Made by a program: the position numbers and the translations under genes. A stretch of DNA of 64,000 nt from Actinomycetota bacterium (GTDB lineage Bacteria > Actinomycetota > Acidimicrobiia > IMCC26256 > PALSA-555): positions 57,574 through 121,573 of the forward strand of contig VGBR01000001.1 in NCBI GenBank assembly GCA_016870355.1, given 5' to 3'. Below the pieces are notes generated by a model that saw only the letters and a list, made by a program, of their open reading frames with translations, was not told the origin of the DNA and did not search any database. This document shows, piece by piece, positions 18,007 to 28,541 of this stretch (its first letter is position 1; each line of letters starts with the position of its first letter).

Positions 18007-18492
18007 TCAGGCGCCGCGCGATCGAAGCCGACGGAGGCGCCACGAGCCGATGCCCCACAGCAGGCCGCCGCAGACGACCAGCTTCACGACCACCAGCCAC
18101 AACGTGATGGTCTTCGCCGCGTCACCAGTGTCGAGTCCGGCCAGCACGACGCCTGCGGCGAGGCCGAGCAGGAGGAGGGCAATGCCCGTGGCGACAGCGG
18201 CCCGTGCTCGCCCGGGTGTGCGGAACACCGATGCGCGCTCGGGCGCCACGGATGCGACCGGAGCCGGGCTCGATCGCCGGTCGTACGCATCCCTGCGCTC
18301 AGGACGGGTCAGCACGTCATACGCGTGCGTGAGCTCCTTGAACTGCTCAGCGATCTCGGCGTTGCCAGGATGACGATCGGGGTGCAGCGCCTTCGCGTGC
18401 TCGCGGAACGCCGCTTCGATCTCCTCGGTCGTCGCCGAACGCGGCACGCCGAGCATCGAGTAGAGGTCGGCGTCGACCGACGCGGTGCTCAC
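18007..18492 (-). CDS. J-domain (DnaJ-like) membrane protein
   Basis: DLYSMLGVPRSATTEEIEAAFREHAKALHPDRH contains the HPD motif. Two C-terminal TM helices follow. GTG start at 18492, because the track's longer N-terminus overlaps the divergent gene. Confidence 0.75.
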   Translation of the reverse strand: MSTASVDADLYSMLGVPRSATTEEIEAAFREHAKALHPDRHPGNAEIAEQFKELTHAYDVLTRPERRDAYDRRSSPAPVASVAPERASVFRTPGRARAAVATGIALLLLGLAAGVVLAGLDTGDAAKTITLWLVVVKLVVCGGLLWGIGSWRLRRLRSRGA

Positions 18493-18535
18493 GCTCCGAG
18501 TATGGCTCGCAGCCTCACCGGTAGGCTCGCCGCGG

Positions 18536-19264
18536 ATGGCAAGAGAAGAGCAACCGTCGACGAAGTGGGTCGCGCCGAAGGCCGTCGGCACGCTCGCGCT
18601 CATCGGCGGTGGTGAGTGGAACGACGGCTGCAAGGATTTCGACCAGGAGCTGCTCAGTGCGTCCGGCGCGGACGAGGTGGTGGTGCTGCCATCCGCCGCC
18701 GCGTTCGAGCACCCAGAACGAGTTGTCGAGCGTGCCACGTCGTACTTCGAGGGACTTGGCGCGAAGGTGCGCGCCCCGATGGTGTTGCGCCGCGCCGATG
18801 CGGACGACACGAAGACGATCGATCTCGTGCGGAAAGCACGCATGATCTACATCGCCGACGGTTCACCCCTGCACCTGCGTTCGGTGCTCAAGTCGTCGGA
18901 GCTCTGGGCTGCGATGCTCGGTGCGTACCACCAAGGTGGTGTGCTGGCCGCGTCCGGCGCCGGGGCCACGCTCGTGTGCGATCCGATGGTGGATCCGCGC
19001 GGCGGCGCGTACACCGTCGGCCTCGGGGTCGTGTCGAACCTTGCGGTGTTCCCGTACCACGGGACCGCCGCCGATCACCTTCGTGAACGCTCGATCGACC
19101 TCTTGCCCCGCAATGCGACGCTCGTCGGCATCGACGACGAAACGGCGCTCATCCGTGACCCGCTCGGGGCGTGGCGCACCGCCGGACGTGGCGTGGTGTC
19201 GGTGTACAGCGGACGCGACTCGACAGAGTTCGCGTCAGGGAAGACGGTCGACGCGCTGCCCTAG
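18536..19264 (+). CDS. Peptidase S51 / cyanophycinase-like (type 1 glutamine amidotransferase-like) protein
   Basis: LALIGGGEW, VVVLPSAAAFE, IYIADGSP..L and ASGAGA are typical of the S51 family. Start at ATG 18536. Confidence 0.7.
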   Translation: MAREEQPSTKWVAPKAVGTLALIGGGEWNDGCKDFDQELLSASGADEVVVLPSAAAFEHPERVVERATSYFEGLGAKVRAPMVLRRADADDTKTIDLVRKARMIYIADGSPLHLRSVLKSSELWAAMLGAYHQGGVLAASGAGATLVCDPMVDPRGGAYTVGLGVVSNLAVFPYHGTAADHLRERSIDLLPRNATLVGIDDETALIRDPLGAWRTAGRGVVSVYSGRDSTEFASGKTVDALP

Positions 19265-20091
19265 CCCGGGGTCGAGGTTGACGTCGTCGGCGCGACGTCG
19301 GTCTCGGTCACTTCGCTGATCGTGACTTTGTCGATCACAATCGTGGCCTTCGGCTTCTGCTGCCCCGGGTCGGGGCTCTTCGAGCCGAGCTTGTTCATGC
19401 GCAAGATCGTCTCGAAGCCTTCGGTCACCTGACCAAGGATGGAGTACGAGAACTTTCCTTCAGCGTTGACCTGGCTGTTGAGCGCGTTGGCGCCCTTCTC
19501 CGTGATGACGACGAAGAACTGCGAGCCCGTCGTGCCCGGTCCCGAGTTGGCCATCGCGACCGTGCCCTGGAGGTAACCATCCGCGGGCGGCTCATCAGGG
19601 AGCGTGTAGCCCGGTCCTCCGGTGCCGTCAGCGTTCGGGTCCCCACCTTGCACGACGAAGTTCTTGCCGACGCGGTGGATCGAGATGCCGTCGAAGAACC
19701 CGCTGTTGGCGAGGAAGGCGAAGGAGTTGGTGGTCTCCGGCGCCTCGGAGGTCGCGAGCTGGATCGTGAATGAGCCACAGCTGGTCTCGACCAGCGCCTC
19801 GTAGGTCTTCGTCGTGTCGGTGATCGTCGGCTCAGGCGCGGTGAACTGAGTGTCCGACGGTGCTGGTGCTTCCTTGACGACGCGACACCCCGCGGCCTTC
19901 GCGGGATTCGTCTTCTTCTCGTCTTCCTCGGTGACCACGGTGTAGATGCCGAACGCGACCACGGGCACTGCGATGATCGCCAGCACGCGCACCCATCGAA
20001 AGGTGCGACGGCGGCGGGCCAACGTCTCCTCGTACTTACGACGCGCTTCGCGGTTGAGTCGTTGACGCTCGCGCTTGGCCTGCTTGGACAC
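19261..20091 (-). CDS. Membrane-anchored cyclophilin-type peptidyl-prolyl isomerase
   Basis: Basic N-terminus plus a TM helix (WVRVLAIIAVPVVAFGIYTVV). Cyclophilin core NSFAFLANSGFFDGISIHRV...FVVQGGDP...GTVAMANSGPGTTGSQFFVV. GTG start at 20091. The rest of the 439-aa track ORF is antisense to ask. Confidence 0.85.
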   Translation of the reverse strand: MSKQAKRERQRLNREARRKYEETLARRRRTFRWVRVLAIIAVPVVAFGIYTVVTEEDEKKTNPAKAAGCRVVKEAPAPSDTQFTAPEPTITDTTKTYEALVETSCGSFTIQLATSEAPETTNSFAFLANSGFFDGISIHRVGKNFVVQGGDPNADGTGGPGYTLPDEPPADGYLQGTVAMANSGPGTTGSQFFVVITEKGANALNSQVNAEGKFSYSILGQVTEGFETILRMNKLGSKSPDPGQQKPKATIVIDKVTISEVTETDVAPTTSTSTPG

Positions 20092-20169
20092 GGCGGAGGA
20101 GTCTAGGAGGACCGCCAATCCCACAATGGGCAGGGGGTTCTGAGAGGGTCGCCGGTACCATCGACGTCC

Positions 20170-21402
20170 GTGAGCCTCGTCGTGCAGAAGTACGGCGGCA
20201 CGTCCGTGGCCGATCCCGACCGCATCAAGGCCGTTGCCGAGCACATCGTGGCGACGCGCCGCGCCGGCAACGACGTGGTCGTCGTGGTGTCGGCGATGGG
20301 CAAGACCACAGATGAGCTCGAAGCGCTCGCGCACCAGGTGTCGTCGGCACCCGCGGCCCGCGAGATGGACATGCTCCTCACATCGGGAGAGCGCATCTCC
20401 ATCGCACTGCTCTGCATGGCGATCATCGATTGCGGCGAGCACGCCGTCAGCTACACGGGATCGCAGGCCGGCATCGTCACGGACACGACGCACCGCAAGG
20501 CGAAGATCGTCGACGTGCGGGCCGAGCGGCTGCGCGACGCGCTCGACGGCGGCGCGGTCGTCGTCGTCGCCGGCTTTCAAGGTGTGTCGACCGAGTCCGA
20601 CGTGACGACGCTGGGACGTGGCGGCTCCGATACCACCGCGGTCGCACTCGCGGCAGCACTTCAGGCCGAGTCGTGCGAGATCTACACCGACGTGACAGGG
20701 GTCTTCACAGCCGACCCGCGCCTGGTGCCGGACGCGCGGCGGCTCGACCGCCTGTCGTACGAAGAGATGCTCGACATGGCAGCGACGGGCTCACGTGTCC
20801 TCGCGTTGCGGTCGGTCGAGTTCGCTCGGAACCATGGAGTTCGGGTACACGTTCGGTCGAGCTTCACGTGGGAACCAGGCACGTGGGTCGTCGAGGAGGA
20901 CGAGGCGATGGAGCAGGCGATCATCTCGGGCGTCACGCACGACACGTCCGAGGCCAAGATCACGCTTTCGCACGTGCCTGACCGCCCAGGCGTGGCCGCG
21001 AAGGTGTTCCGCGCGCTCGCCGACGAGGCGGTCAACGTCGACATGATCGTGCAGAACGTCTCGATGGCCGATCACACCGACATCTCGTTCACATTGCCCA
21101 AGGAAGATCTGTCCCGTGCCAAGAAGGTGATGGAGCAGCTCGTGGAGGACGTCGGTGCAAGTGGGTTCACGCCCGACGAGGGCATCGGCCGGGTGTCGCT
21201 CGTCGGAGCGGGGATGAAGACCCACCCTGGCGTGGCCGCAACAATGTTCGAGGTGCTCGCGCACGAAGGTGTCAACATCGAGATGATCTCGACGTCATCG
21301 ATCCGCATCTCCTGCGTGGTGCAGGAAGCCGACGTCGAGAAGGCGGTCCGTGCGTTGCACGCCGCGTTCGAGCTGGACCAACCGTCAAAGGCCCAAGCAT
21401 GA
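20170..21402 (+). CDS. lysC: Aspartate kinase
   Basis: [26 protein letters not shown] and two C-terminal ACT domains. An internal in-frame ATG at 20908 is preceded by GAGGAGGA, giving a possible beta subunit. Confidence 0.95.
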   Translation: MSLVVQKYGGTSVADPDRIKAVAEHIVATRRAGNDVVVVVSAMGKTTDELEALAHQVSSAPAAREMDMLLTSGERISIALLCMAIIDCGEHAVSYTGSQAGIVTDTTHRKAKIVDVRAERLRDALDGGAVVVVAGFQGVSTESDVTTLGRGGSDTTAVALAAALQAESCEIYTDVTGVFTADPRLVPDARRLDRLSYEEMLDMAATGSRVLALRSVEFARNHGVRVHVRSSFTWEPGTWVVEEDEAMEQAIISGVTHDTSEAKITLSHVPDRPGVAAKVFRALADEAVNVDMIVQNVSMADHTDISFTLPKEDLSRAKKVMEQLVEDVGASGFTPDEGIGRVSLVGAGMKTHPGVAATMFEVLAHEGVNIEMISTSSIRISCVVQEADVEKAVRALHAAFELDQPSKAQA

Positions 21403-22430
21403 GCGACATCCGAGTGGGAGTGGTGGGCGCGACGGGCGTCGTCGGCACTGAGATGCTCCGTGTGCTCGAGGACCGATCGTTCCCCGTCGCCGAGCTCAGG
21501 GCCTACGCGTCGCCGCGCTCCGAGGGTCGGCTCCTCCCGTTCGCCGGCGGCGAGGTCACCTGCGAGGTGCTGCGAGACGGGTGCTTCGATGGTCTCGATC
21601 TCGTGGTCGTCGACGTCGACGATCCGCTGGCGCTGGAGTGGGCACCGCGCGCTGCCGCTGCCGGCGCCAAGGTGGTCGACAACTCAGCCGCGTTCCGAAT
21701 GGAGCCTGACGTTCCGCTCGTCGTCGCCGAGATCAACCCGGAAGACCTGCAAGACCTCCCGAGGGGGATCACGTCGTGCCCGAATTGCACGACGATGGTG
21801 CTCGTGACCGCGCTGGCGCCGCTGCACCGCGCCGCGGAGATCGACCGGATGGTGGTGTCCACGTACCAGTCGGTATCGGGTGCCGGTCAGCCCGGCGTCG
21901 ACGAGCTCGCGGGTCAGTGGACGAAGGGTGCCGGACGCGAAGACGTGCTCAGCCGAGCCGGCGCTCTCGACGGCGCGGTCGAGCCCGGTGACGTGTGGAG
22001 CAAGCCGATCGCCGGCAACGTGATCCCGCTCGCCGGGTCGCTCGGCGACGACGGACTGACGTCCGAGGAACGCAAGCTGCGCGACGAGAGCCGCAAGATC
22101 TTGCATGCGCCCGAGATGCGCGTGCGTGGCACCTGCGTGCGTGTGCCGGTGTATGTGGGTCACGCGATGAGCGCGAACGTGCAGTTCAAGCAGTCCATGT
22201 CACGCGCCGACGCAGCCGCGATCCTCAGCGATGCACCGGGCGTGTCGCTGGTCGACGGACCCGACGGCGCGCCCACCCCGCTCGAGAGCGCGGGCATCGA
22301 CCCGGTGCTCGTCGGGCGAATCCGTGACGACGACACCCAACCCAACACGATCGACATCTGGGTCGCCGGCGACAACCTCCGCAAGGGGGCCGCGCTCAAC
22401 GCAGTACAGCTCGCGGAGCTGCTCCTCTAG
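21399..22430 (+). CDS. asd: Aspartate-semialdehyde dehydrogenase
   Basis: [11 protein letters not shown], active-site SCPNCTT, and C-terminal [13 protein letters not shown]. Its ATG overlaps the ask stop (ATGA). Confidence 0.95.
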   Translation: MSDIRVGVVGATGVVGTEMLRVLEDRSFPVAELRAYASPRSEGRLLPFAGGEVTCEVLRDGCFDGLDLVVVDVDDPLALEWAPRAAAAGAKVVDNSAAFRMEPDVPLVVAEINPEDLQDLPRGITSCPNCTTMVLVTALAPLHRAAEIDRMVVSTYQSVSGAGQPGVDELAGQWTKGAGREDVLSRAGALDGAVEPGDVWSKPIAGNVIPLAGSLGDDGLTSEERKLRDESRKILHAPEMRVRGTCVRVPVYVGHAMSANVQFKQSMSRADAAAILSDAPGVSLVDGPDGAPTPLESAGIDPVLVGRIRDDDTQPNTIDIWVAGDNLRKGAALNAVQLAELLL

Positions 22431-22433
22431 ATC

Positions 22434-22510
<77 letters not shown>

Positions 22511-22525
22511 CTGGGGTGGACGAGT

Positions 22526-22912
22526 CTACTGAGTAGACCCCACGGTCACTCCGAGGATGCGCTTGGCCGCGCGACGCAGCGTTGACGCATCCACCGGCTT
22601 CACGAGCTCGGCGTCGGCCGACGCGCGCTTGGCGAGGAAGCGGTCGGCCTCACGATCGAGCAGCAGAAGGATCGGCACGTGGGAAAGACGGTCGGCTGAA
22701 GCCTCGAGGTGGAGGTCGATCGCCACGGCGATGCCACCCATGTTGCCGATCTGAAGATCGAGGATGACGAGATCCGGCTCCCGTGCCTTCACCAGATCGC
22801 GTACGTCCTGTCCACGAGTCGCCTCGATGACGTCCTGACCCGGCGCGACGAACGCCGACTTCACCTGGTCGCGCACCCATGGTCCGTCGGACGCCACGAG
22901 GATCGTGCTCAT
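22526..22912 (-). CDS. Single-domain response regulator (receiver only)
   Basis: 128 aa. [15 protein letters not shown] carries the phospho-acceptor Asp context, and KP is conserved near the C-terminus. No output domain. Confidence 0.8.
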   Translation of the reverse strand: MSTILVASDGPWVRDQVKSAFVAPGQDVIEATRGQDVRDLVKAREPDLVILDLQIGNMGGIAVAIDLHLEASADRLSHVPILLLLDREADRFLAKRASADAELVKPVDASTLRRAAKRILGVTVGSTQ

Positions 22913-22923
22913 CGGTCGAGAAG

Positions 22924-24045
22924 TTATCCGACGAGGTAGAAGGACACCGCGTCGAGCGCGGCAATGTCGACCACATCGTGCGCGAGCGCCGGTACGTATG
23001 CAACGACTCCCGCACCGATGCGCTCACCCGCTCGCGCGAGCTCGCCCCGCTCGTGCCTCGCGAGCTGGACGTAGTCGGCGAGGTTCTCGTAGCGGGCCGA
23101 GAGCCGGTCGCCGGCATCACCGTCGGTCTGAGCCAGCTCCTTGGCGCGTCGGCGGAGCTGCTCGGGATCGTCGGTGACGCCGAAGTCCGGGTGCACACGG
23201 TTCACCACGAGCGCGGCGACGTGGAGCTCGCTCTCACGCAGGCGAGCGGCGAAGAACTCGGCCTCGTCGACTGCGTCACGTCGAGGTGACGTCACGAGCA
23301 CGAACGACGTGTCGGCTTCGCTGAGCAGCTCGAGCACGCGCCCCGCGCGGTCACGGAAACCCTGCTCCATCCCTTCGAACGCGCGGAAGAACGCGACGAT
23401 GTCGTCGATCACCTCGGTGCCGATGACCTTCGCGACCGTCTTCAGGAACGCCTGCGCCGCGAAGCTCGCCAGCTTCATCGATCGGCGCGTCGGCATCATG
23501 AGGAAGCGGAAGATCCGGTTGTTCAGCAATCGGGTCAGCCGCTCGGGCGCATCGAGGAAGTCGAGCGCGTGTCGTGTGGGCGGAGTGTCCACGATGATGA
23601 GGTCGTAGCCGCCCTCCTCGTGCAGCTCGTGCAGCTTCTCCATCGCCATGTACTCCTGCGTGCCCGACAGCGCGCCGGCGATGTTCCGGTAGAAGCGGTT
23701 GTCGAGGATGCGCTCGGCCTGCTCCTTGCTGTGCGCGTGCTTGTGCACGAGCGAGTCGAAGGTCGCTTCGGTGTCGAGCATGAGCGCCGAGAGCCGACCA
23801 TCACCCTTGGCAACGCCCGCGGGATCCCAACGCGATCGAGGGATCTCCTGCGCGGTGTCGCCGAGCTCACTGAGTCCGAGTGTGTCAGCAAGACGCTTGG
23901 CAGGATCGATCGTCACGACCACTGCGTTGCGTCCACGTCGCGCGGCGGCGAGGGCGAGCACGGCCGACGTCGTCGTCTTCCCGACGCCGCCGGTGCCGCA
24001 GCAGATGACGACGTGACCGGAATCGACGAGCTTGCTGATCGTCAC
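22924..24045 (-). CDS. ArsA-family ATPase (second of pair)
   Basis: P-loop VVICCGTGGVGKTT and DTPPTRHALDFL. Its GTG at 24045 overlaps the upstream stop (GTGA). This pairing resembles the conserved actinobacterial ArsA-like pair near whiB. Confidence 0.85.
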   Translation of the reverse strand: MTISKLVDSGHVVICCGTGGVGKTTTSAVLALAAARRGRNAVVVTIDPAKRLADTLGLSELGDTAQEIPRSRWDPAGVAKGDGRLSALMLDTEATFDSLVHKHAHSKEQAERILDNRFYRNIAGALSGTQEYMAMEKLHELHEEGGYDLIIVDTPPTRHALDFLDAPERLTRLLNNRIFRFLMMPTRRSMKLASFAAQAFLKTVAKVIGTEVIDDIVAFFRAFEGMEQGFRDRAGRVLELLSEADTSFVLVTSPRRDAVDEAEFFAARLRESELHVAALVVNRVHPDFGVTDDPEQLRRRAKELAQTDGDAGDRLSARYENLADYVQLARHERGELARAGERIGAGVVAYVPALAHDVVDIAALDAVSFYLVG

Positions 24046-24983
24046 AGCGCTGATCCCGGAAGGTTCACGATCTCGTCGGTCAACGTGGTGGCCAGGCGGT
24101 CGATCGCGGCCGGGCCGATCGTGTCGAACACGAACGGAAGGCACAGCTGGGGGAGCGGGAAGAGCGAACGCAGGCGCTCGCACTGCGCGCCGGCGAGCTC
24201 ATGGCGCTCGTGTCGGAACGATGCCGCCGCATCGAGCGCGCGCTGCTCCGCTGGTGAACCGATCCCTGCCGCCGCCGCATCCTGCGCAGTAATCGCGCCG
24301 ACGAGCGCGAGGTCGTCCGGCACTCCGTTGATGACGACAGGCGCGAGCTTGATGCCGACGCGATCCTCGAGTGCGAACGCCGTCTCGACGAGCTCGTTGA
24401 CCGGCGTCTCCTCGGGAAGTGTGACGAGCATCACGCGGCAGCGGGCGGGGTCGGAGAGGAGAGCGATGACGTCTTCGGCTTGCTTGCGGACTGGACCGAC
24501 CCGCACGGCATCGATCATTCCCCGTGCCGAGAGCAAGAACGTGATGGCGTGCCCGGCGGCGGGTGCGTCGATGAGGATCAGGTCGGCTGCTCGCGATTGC
24601 TCGAGCTGCTTGACCTTGCCGAGCACAAGGATGTCCTTCATCCCAGGCACGGCCGTAGCGACGACATCGAGTGCACCCGACTTCACGAGCTGCTTCGACA
24701 CCCTTCGCAGTCCTCGATCCTCGAGGTACTCGAGCAGCGCTTCGTCGGGTGTGAGCGTGCGAGCGCGCAACCCCGGGCTCACTTCTTGCTCTTCGTAGGT
24801 GAGGGGCGGACAGCCGAGCGCGGCACTCAGCCCCGATTTGCCTTCGACCTCCACGATCAGCACGCTCATGCCAGCGCGCGCGGCAGCAGTGCCGAGCGCG
24901 GCGGTCACAGTGGTCTTTCCGACGCCACCCTTGCCCGCAACGATCGCCACTCTGGAGGTGGAGCAGAAGTCGTGGAGCTCCAT
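24042..24983 (-). CDS. ArsA-family ATPase (first of pair)
   Basis: P-loop VAIVAGKGGVGKTT and DAPAAGHAITFL. Confidence 0.85.
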   Translation of the reverse strand: MELHDFCSTSRVAIVAGKGGVGKTTVTAALGTAAARAGMSVLIVEVEGKSGLSAALGCPPLTYEEQEVSPGLRARTLTPDEALLEYLEDRGLRRVSKQLVKSGALDVVATAVPGMKDILVLGKVKQLEQSRAADLILIDAPAAGHAITFLLSARGMIDAVRVGPVRKQAEDVIALLSDPARCRVMLVTLPEETPVNELVETAFALEDRVGIKLAPVVINGVPDDLALVGAITAQDAAAAGIGSPAEQRALDAAASFRHERHELAGAQCERLRSLFPLPQLCLPFVFDTIGPAAIDRLATTLTDEIVNLPGSAL

Positions 24984-25019
24984 CGCCCAAATGCTACGAG
25001 GCGTCTGTCGAGATCTCGC

Positions 25020-26345
25020 ATGGGACGGGTGGCCGCGTATCTGTTGCTCACGCTGGGTGTGATCGGCGTGATCAGTCCGTCAGCTGGTGCGCAGAGCAGC
25101 GGTCGCAACGGGATCGTCGTCGTACAGGTCAAGGGTCTGCTCGACGTGCCGAACGTGTCCCTGCTGCGCGAGACGATCAAGCAGGTCAACGAAGACGAGC
25201 GGACCTTGTTGCTGATCCAGCTCGACTCGCGCGGCGCGATCGAAGACGTGACGCCGGTCGTTCGTGCGATGAGCCGATCCAGCGTTCCTATCGTCACGTG
25301 GATCGGGCCGTCTGGTGCAGAGGCAACGGGTGGTGCCGCGTTCGTGGCCGAGGCTGGCGCAAAGGTGTTCATCTCATCGAGCTCGACGTTCGGCCCGCAC
25401 CTTCCGGCGCGACTGGACGAGGGCGTTGCCGGGTACTTGCCACCGCTCGCGCGGCTCCTAGAACGCGAGCTTTCGGCCGACGCCGCAGTTCGATCCGGGC
25501 GTGTCGACGGGCAACGCCCGACGATCGGCGAGACGATCGTGAGGCTCGACGGCAAGACGATCGAGACCGCCGCTGGCGAGATCGAGCTCAACACCGCGCG
25601 CGTGATCGGTGAGGGACGCGATCGTCGACGTCAACCCAATCAAGAGGTTTCGTTCGTCACGTTGGATGCGGGTGGTCAGGTGCAACACGCGCTGATCAGC
25701 CCGTCGGTCGCCTACTTCTTCCTTGTGATCGGACTGTCGCTCATCGTCTTCGAGTTCTTCGCCGCCAGCGTCGGGTTCGCAGCGCTCGTGGGCGCGTTCA
25801 TGGTCCTCGGTGGGCTCTACGGCGCTTCGCACTTGCCCGTGCGTTGGTGGGCCGTCGGCTTGCTCGTGCTCTCGGCGTTCGGGTTCGCGGTGGATGCGCA
25901 GGTTGGGCGACTCGGGTTCTGGAGCGGTGTCGGCGGGCTCACGCTCCTGGTCGGCTCGTTCCTGCTCGTCAGCGGCACGGGCCTCTCGCCGCCGTGGTGG
26001 ACGATCGTGATCGTCGCCGGACTCGCCATCCTCATGTACGTGATGGCGATCCCGGCCTTCATCCGCGCCCGCTTCTCGACGCCGACGGTCGGTCGCGAGG
26101 CGATGGTCGGCGAGATGGGCGTCGCCGAAGTTGCAGTCGCACCCAATGGGGTGGTGGTCGTGCGGGATGCCCGCTGGCGGGCCCGCACCAACCGTGCCAC
26201 CCCGATCGAGGCGGGCGACCCTGTCCGGGTCATCGCCGTCGAGGGGCTGGTGCTCGAGGTGGAGCCCGAGACGGGCGGCGCCCGTGACTACCGGGAGCGG
26301 GGACGCCGCAAGAAGAAGGACTCGGGGACCAAAGAAGCCGGCTGA
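25020..26345 (+). CDS. NfeD-family membrane-bound serine protease (ClpP-class)
   Basis: Signal peptide MGRVAAYLLLTLGVIGVISPSAGA. A ClpP-like N-terminal domain, multiple TM helices and a C-terminal OB-like NfeD domain (VVVVRDARWRART...GDPVRV..VEGL.L.V). Start at ATG 25020. Confidence 0.8.
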   Translation: MGRVAAYLLLTLGVIGVISPSAGAQSSGRNGIVVVQVKGLLDVPNVSLLRETIKQVNEDERTLLLIQLDSRGAIEDVTPVVRAMSRSSVPIVTWIGPSGAEATGGAAFVAEAGAKVFISSSSTFGPHLPARLDEGVAGYLPPLARLLERELSADAAVRSGRVDGQRPTIGETIVRLDGKTIETAAGEIELNTARVIGEGRDRRRQPNQEVSFVTLDAGGQVQHALISPSVAYFFLVIGLSLIVFEFFAASVGFAALVGAFMVLGGLYGASHLPVRWWAVGLLVLSAFGFAVDAQVGRLGFWSGVGGLTLLVGSFLLVSGTGLSPPWWTIVIVAGLAILMYVMAIPAFIRARFSTPTVGREAMVGEMGVAEVAVAPNGVVVVRDARWRARTNRATPIEAGDPVRVIAVEGLVLEVEPETGGARDYRERGRRKKKDSGTKEAG

Positions 26346-26415
26346 CCTCTTTACGGTGGCGGAGGCCGGGGGTAGTTTCCCGCGCCGACCAGTCGAGCGG
26401 GCATCCGGGGGGATC

Positions 26416-26697
26416 GTGACCGTTCGCACCGCTGACATCTGGCAGCGGCACGCTGCGTGCCGTGGCCCCGAGTCCGTGCTCTTCTTCGCGCCGACGCTGC
26501 CTGAGGCTCGTCCGGAGCGTGAGGAGCGTGAGGCGCGGGCCAAGGCGATCTGTCGAGGCTGCCGCGTGCAGCTCGATTGCCTCGACTACGCCGTCGGAAT
26601 CCGCGAGCCGCACGGCATCTGGGGTGGTCTCAACGAGACCGAACGCCGGCTGCTGTGGGATCCCGAAGGTGTGTCAGAGGAGCTCGCTCAGGCCTGA
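26416..26697 (+). CDS. WhiB-family transcriptional regulator
   Basis: Four Cys in the WhiB pattern (AAC..., ICRGCRVQLDC), then GIWGG and a basic tail. GTG start at 26416 after GGGGGGA. Confidence 0.85.
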   Translation: MTVRTADIWQRHAACRGPESVLFFAPTLPEARPEREEREARAKAICRGCRVQLDCLDYAVGIREPHGIWGGLNETERRLLWDPEGVSEELAQA

Positions 26698-28476
26698 TCG
26701 CGGCCCGGGAACGCGGTCGTCGCCTCGGCGTCGGGTGATCCCTTCACGATCGAGCCACTTGGCGATCGGCAAGACGTACTTGCGCGTCGACCCCAGCAGG
26801 TCCCGGATGTCGGCGACGGTGAGGCGACCTCGCTCACGGAACGCATCGATGACTACATGTCGCGCCTGATCGAGCGCGGTTGCGGTGAACACGACGTGGT
26901 CGACGTCGACGAGCGTGCCTTCGCGCACGAGCGCGCGCACCACACCTTGATCGACACCGACATCCGCCGGTGCAGGCGGTGAGAACGGCTCGGCTTCGAG
27001 CGCGGCGATCAGCCGTTCTGCATCGGGCGAATCCGCCACACCGCCACCGTGTGACTGCGATCGCACCCGGCCGCGTTCGACGACGAGATCCTCCGCGTCA
27101 GCGAGCGCGGCACGGAGCTGGTCTGTGGTGATTCTCAACTCGTTCGCGACCGTGCCGAGCTCGATCCCACCTTCATGAGGACGAGCGTCGTGATGGTCCT
27201 GCACGCGTTCGCGGGTGGTCGACCGCAGGAGCTCCAAGTGCGCGGATGAGATCACCCAATGATCGAGTCGTACGGCATCTCCCGCCGCTACGAGCGCGTT
27301 GATGATCTCCGCGGCTGCGTCCGCGGACGTTCCAGTCAGTTGCGGGACATCGATGATCGGTAGCCACAAGTGCGACGACAGCACCCGCGCACCCAGCGGA
27401 AGTCGCAGGCGGTGCACCGCGTCCCGCGCGCGTGCGGCGGGCTCGACGTCGAGCACCTCGGCTCCAGCGACGGTGCACTTGCGTCCGCTGTCGCGCACGA
27501 CGAAGCGATCGCCTGGCGCGAGCGGCACCGGCTCGTCGAGGCGCACTCGGGCGAGCTGGCCGTCGTCGTCCAGCACGCGCAGCCACGCCTTGTGCTCCCC
27601 AGAGCCGACGTAGACCTGGAACCTCCCGCGTCGCCGCATCTGCTCACCCGGCAGCTGAGTGATCGCCACGTCAACAACGCGCGGGGTGACCCATTGCGAT
27701 GGCCGCACTACCGCGTCACCACGAGTGAGGTCACGGTGCTCGATTCCTGCGAGGTTCAACGCGACGCGCGCCCCGGGACTCACCGTCGTGACCTGCTCGC
27801 CGGCGCTCTCGATTCCCCGCACGCGGGAGCGGTGGCGCCCCGCGATCACCTCGTCATCGACGCTGAGCATTCCGCCGATGAGAGTGCCCGTCACGACGGT
27901 TCCGGCGCCCCGCACGGTGAACACTCGGTCGATCCACAGCCGCGGTCGACCGACGTCGGCCACCGCCGGCGCCTCGTTGAGCACCCGGTCGAGCGTCGTT
28001 CGCACGTCTTCGATGCCGCGACCGGACAGCGAGTCACACACGATCACGGGCGCACCTTCGAGAGATGAGCCAGTGAGATGGTCGTCGACTTCGAGCGCGG
28101 CGAGCTCGAGGGTCTCGTCGTCGACCAGATCAGCCTTTGTCAGCGCGACCATCCCGTGGCGCACGTCGAGCAGCTCGAGGATCCGCAAGTGCTCCTCGCT
28201 CTGCGGTTTCCAGCATTCGCTCGCGTCGACGACGAGCAGGGCCACGTCGACCGCGCCGACGCCAGCGAGCATGTTCTTGATGAAGCGCACGTGACCGGGC
28301 ACGTCGACGAAGCCAATCTCCGCGCCCGATGGCAGCGTCGTGAACGCGAAGCCCAGATCGATCGTGAGTCCCCGCGCCTTCTCCTCCGGGAAGCGGTCGG
28401 GATCCGTGCCGGTGAGCGCAAGCACCAACGACGACTTGCCGTGATCGACGTGCCCAGCCGTCGCAACGACCCTCAT
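26674..28476 (-). CDS. selB: Selenocysteine-specific translation elongation factor SelB
   Basis: 600 aa. GTPase N-terminus VATAGHVDHGKSSLVLALTG.DPDR..EEK.RGLTIDLGF, followed by EF-Tu-like domains and a winged-helix C-terminal extension. Located downstream of selA. Confidence 0.9.
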   Translation of the reverse strand: MRVVATAGHVDHGKSSLVLALTGTDPDRFPEEKARGLTIDLGFAFTTLPSGAEIGFVDVPGHVRFIKNMLAGVGAVDVALLVVDASECWKPQSEEHLRILELLDVRHGMVALTKADLVDDETLELAALEVDDHLTGSSLEGAPVIVCDSLSGRGIEDVRTTLDRVLNEAPAVADVGRPRLWIDRVFTVRGAGTVVTGTLIGGMLSVDDEVIAGRHRSRVRGIESAGEQVTTVSPGARVALNLAGIEHRDLTRGDAVVRPSQWVTPRVVDVAITQLPGEQMRRRGRFQVYVGSGEHKAWLRVLDDDGQLARVRLDEPVPLAPGDRFVVRDSGRKCTVAGAEVLDVEPAARARDAVHRLRLPLGARVLSSHLWLPIIDVPQLTGTSADAAAEIINALVAAGDAVRLDHWVISSAHLELLRSTTRERVQDHHDARPHEGGIELGTVANELRITTDQLRAALADAEDLVVERGRVRSQSHGGGVADSPDAERLIAALEAEPFSPPAPADVGVDQGVVRALVREGTLVDVDHVVFTATALDQARHVVIDAFRERGRLTVADIRDLLGSTRKYVLPIAKWLDREGITRRRGDDRVPGPRSGLSELL

Positions 28477-28496
28477 CGCGGCATCCCTCAGGGGAA

Positions 28497-28541
28497 TTCG
28501 GCACGCTGGTTGTTGCTATGCAACATCGAGCGTGCCGAGAA
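28497..28541. repeat. Hairpin repeat copy 1 (TTCGGCACGCTG...AGCGTGCCGAGAA), spans the selA stop codon and selA-selB junction
   Basis: Left arm at 28497-28508, right arm at 28529-28541. The inner loop is itself palindromic (TGTTGC TA TGCAACA). The right arm is identical to those at 30839-30851 and 50168-50180. Confidence 0.7.
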
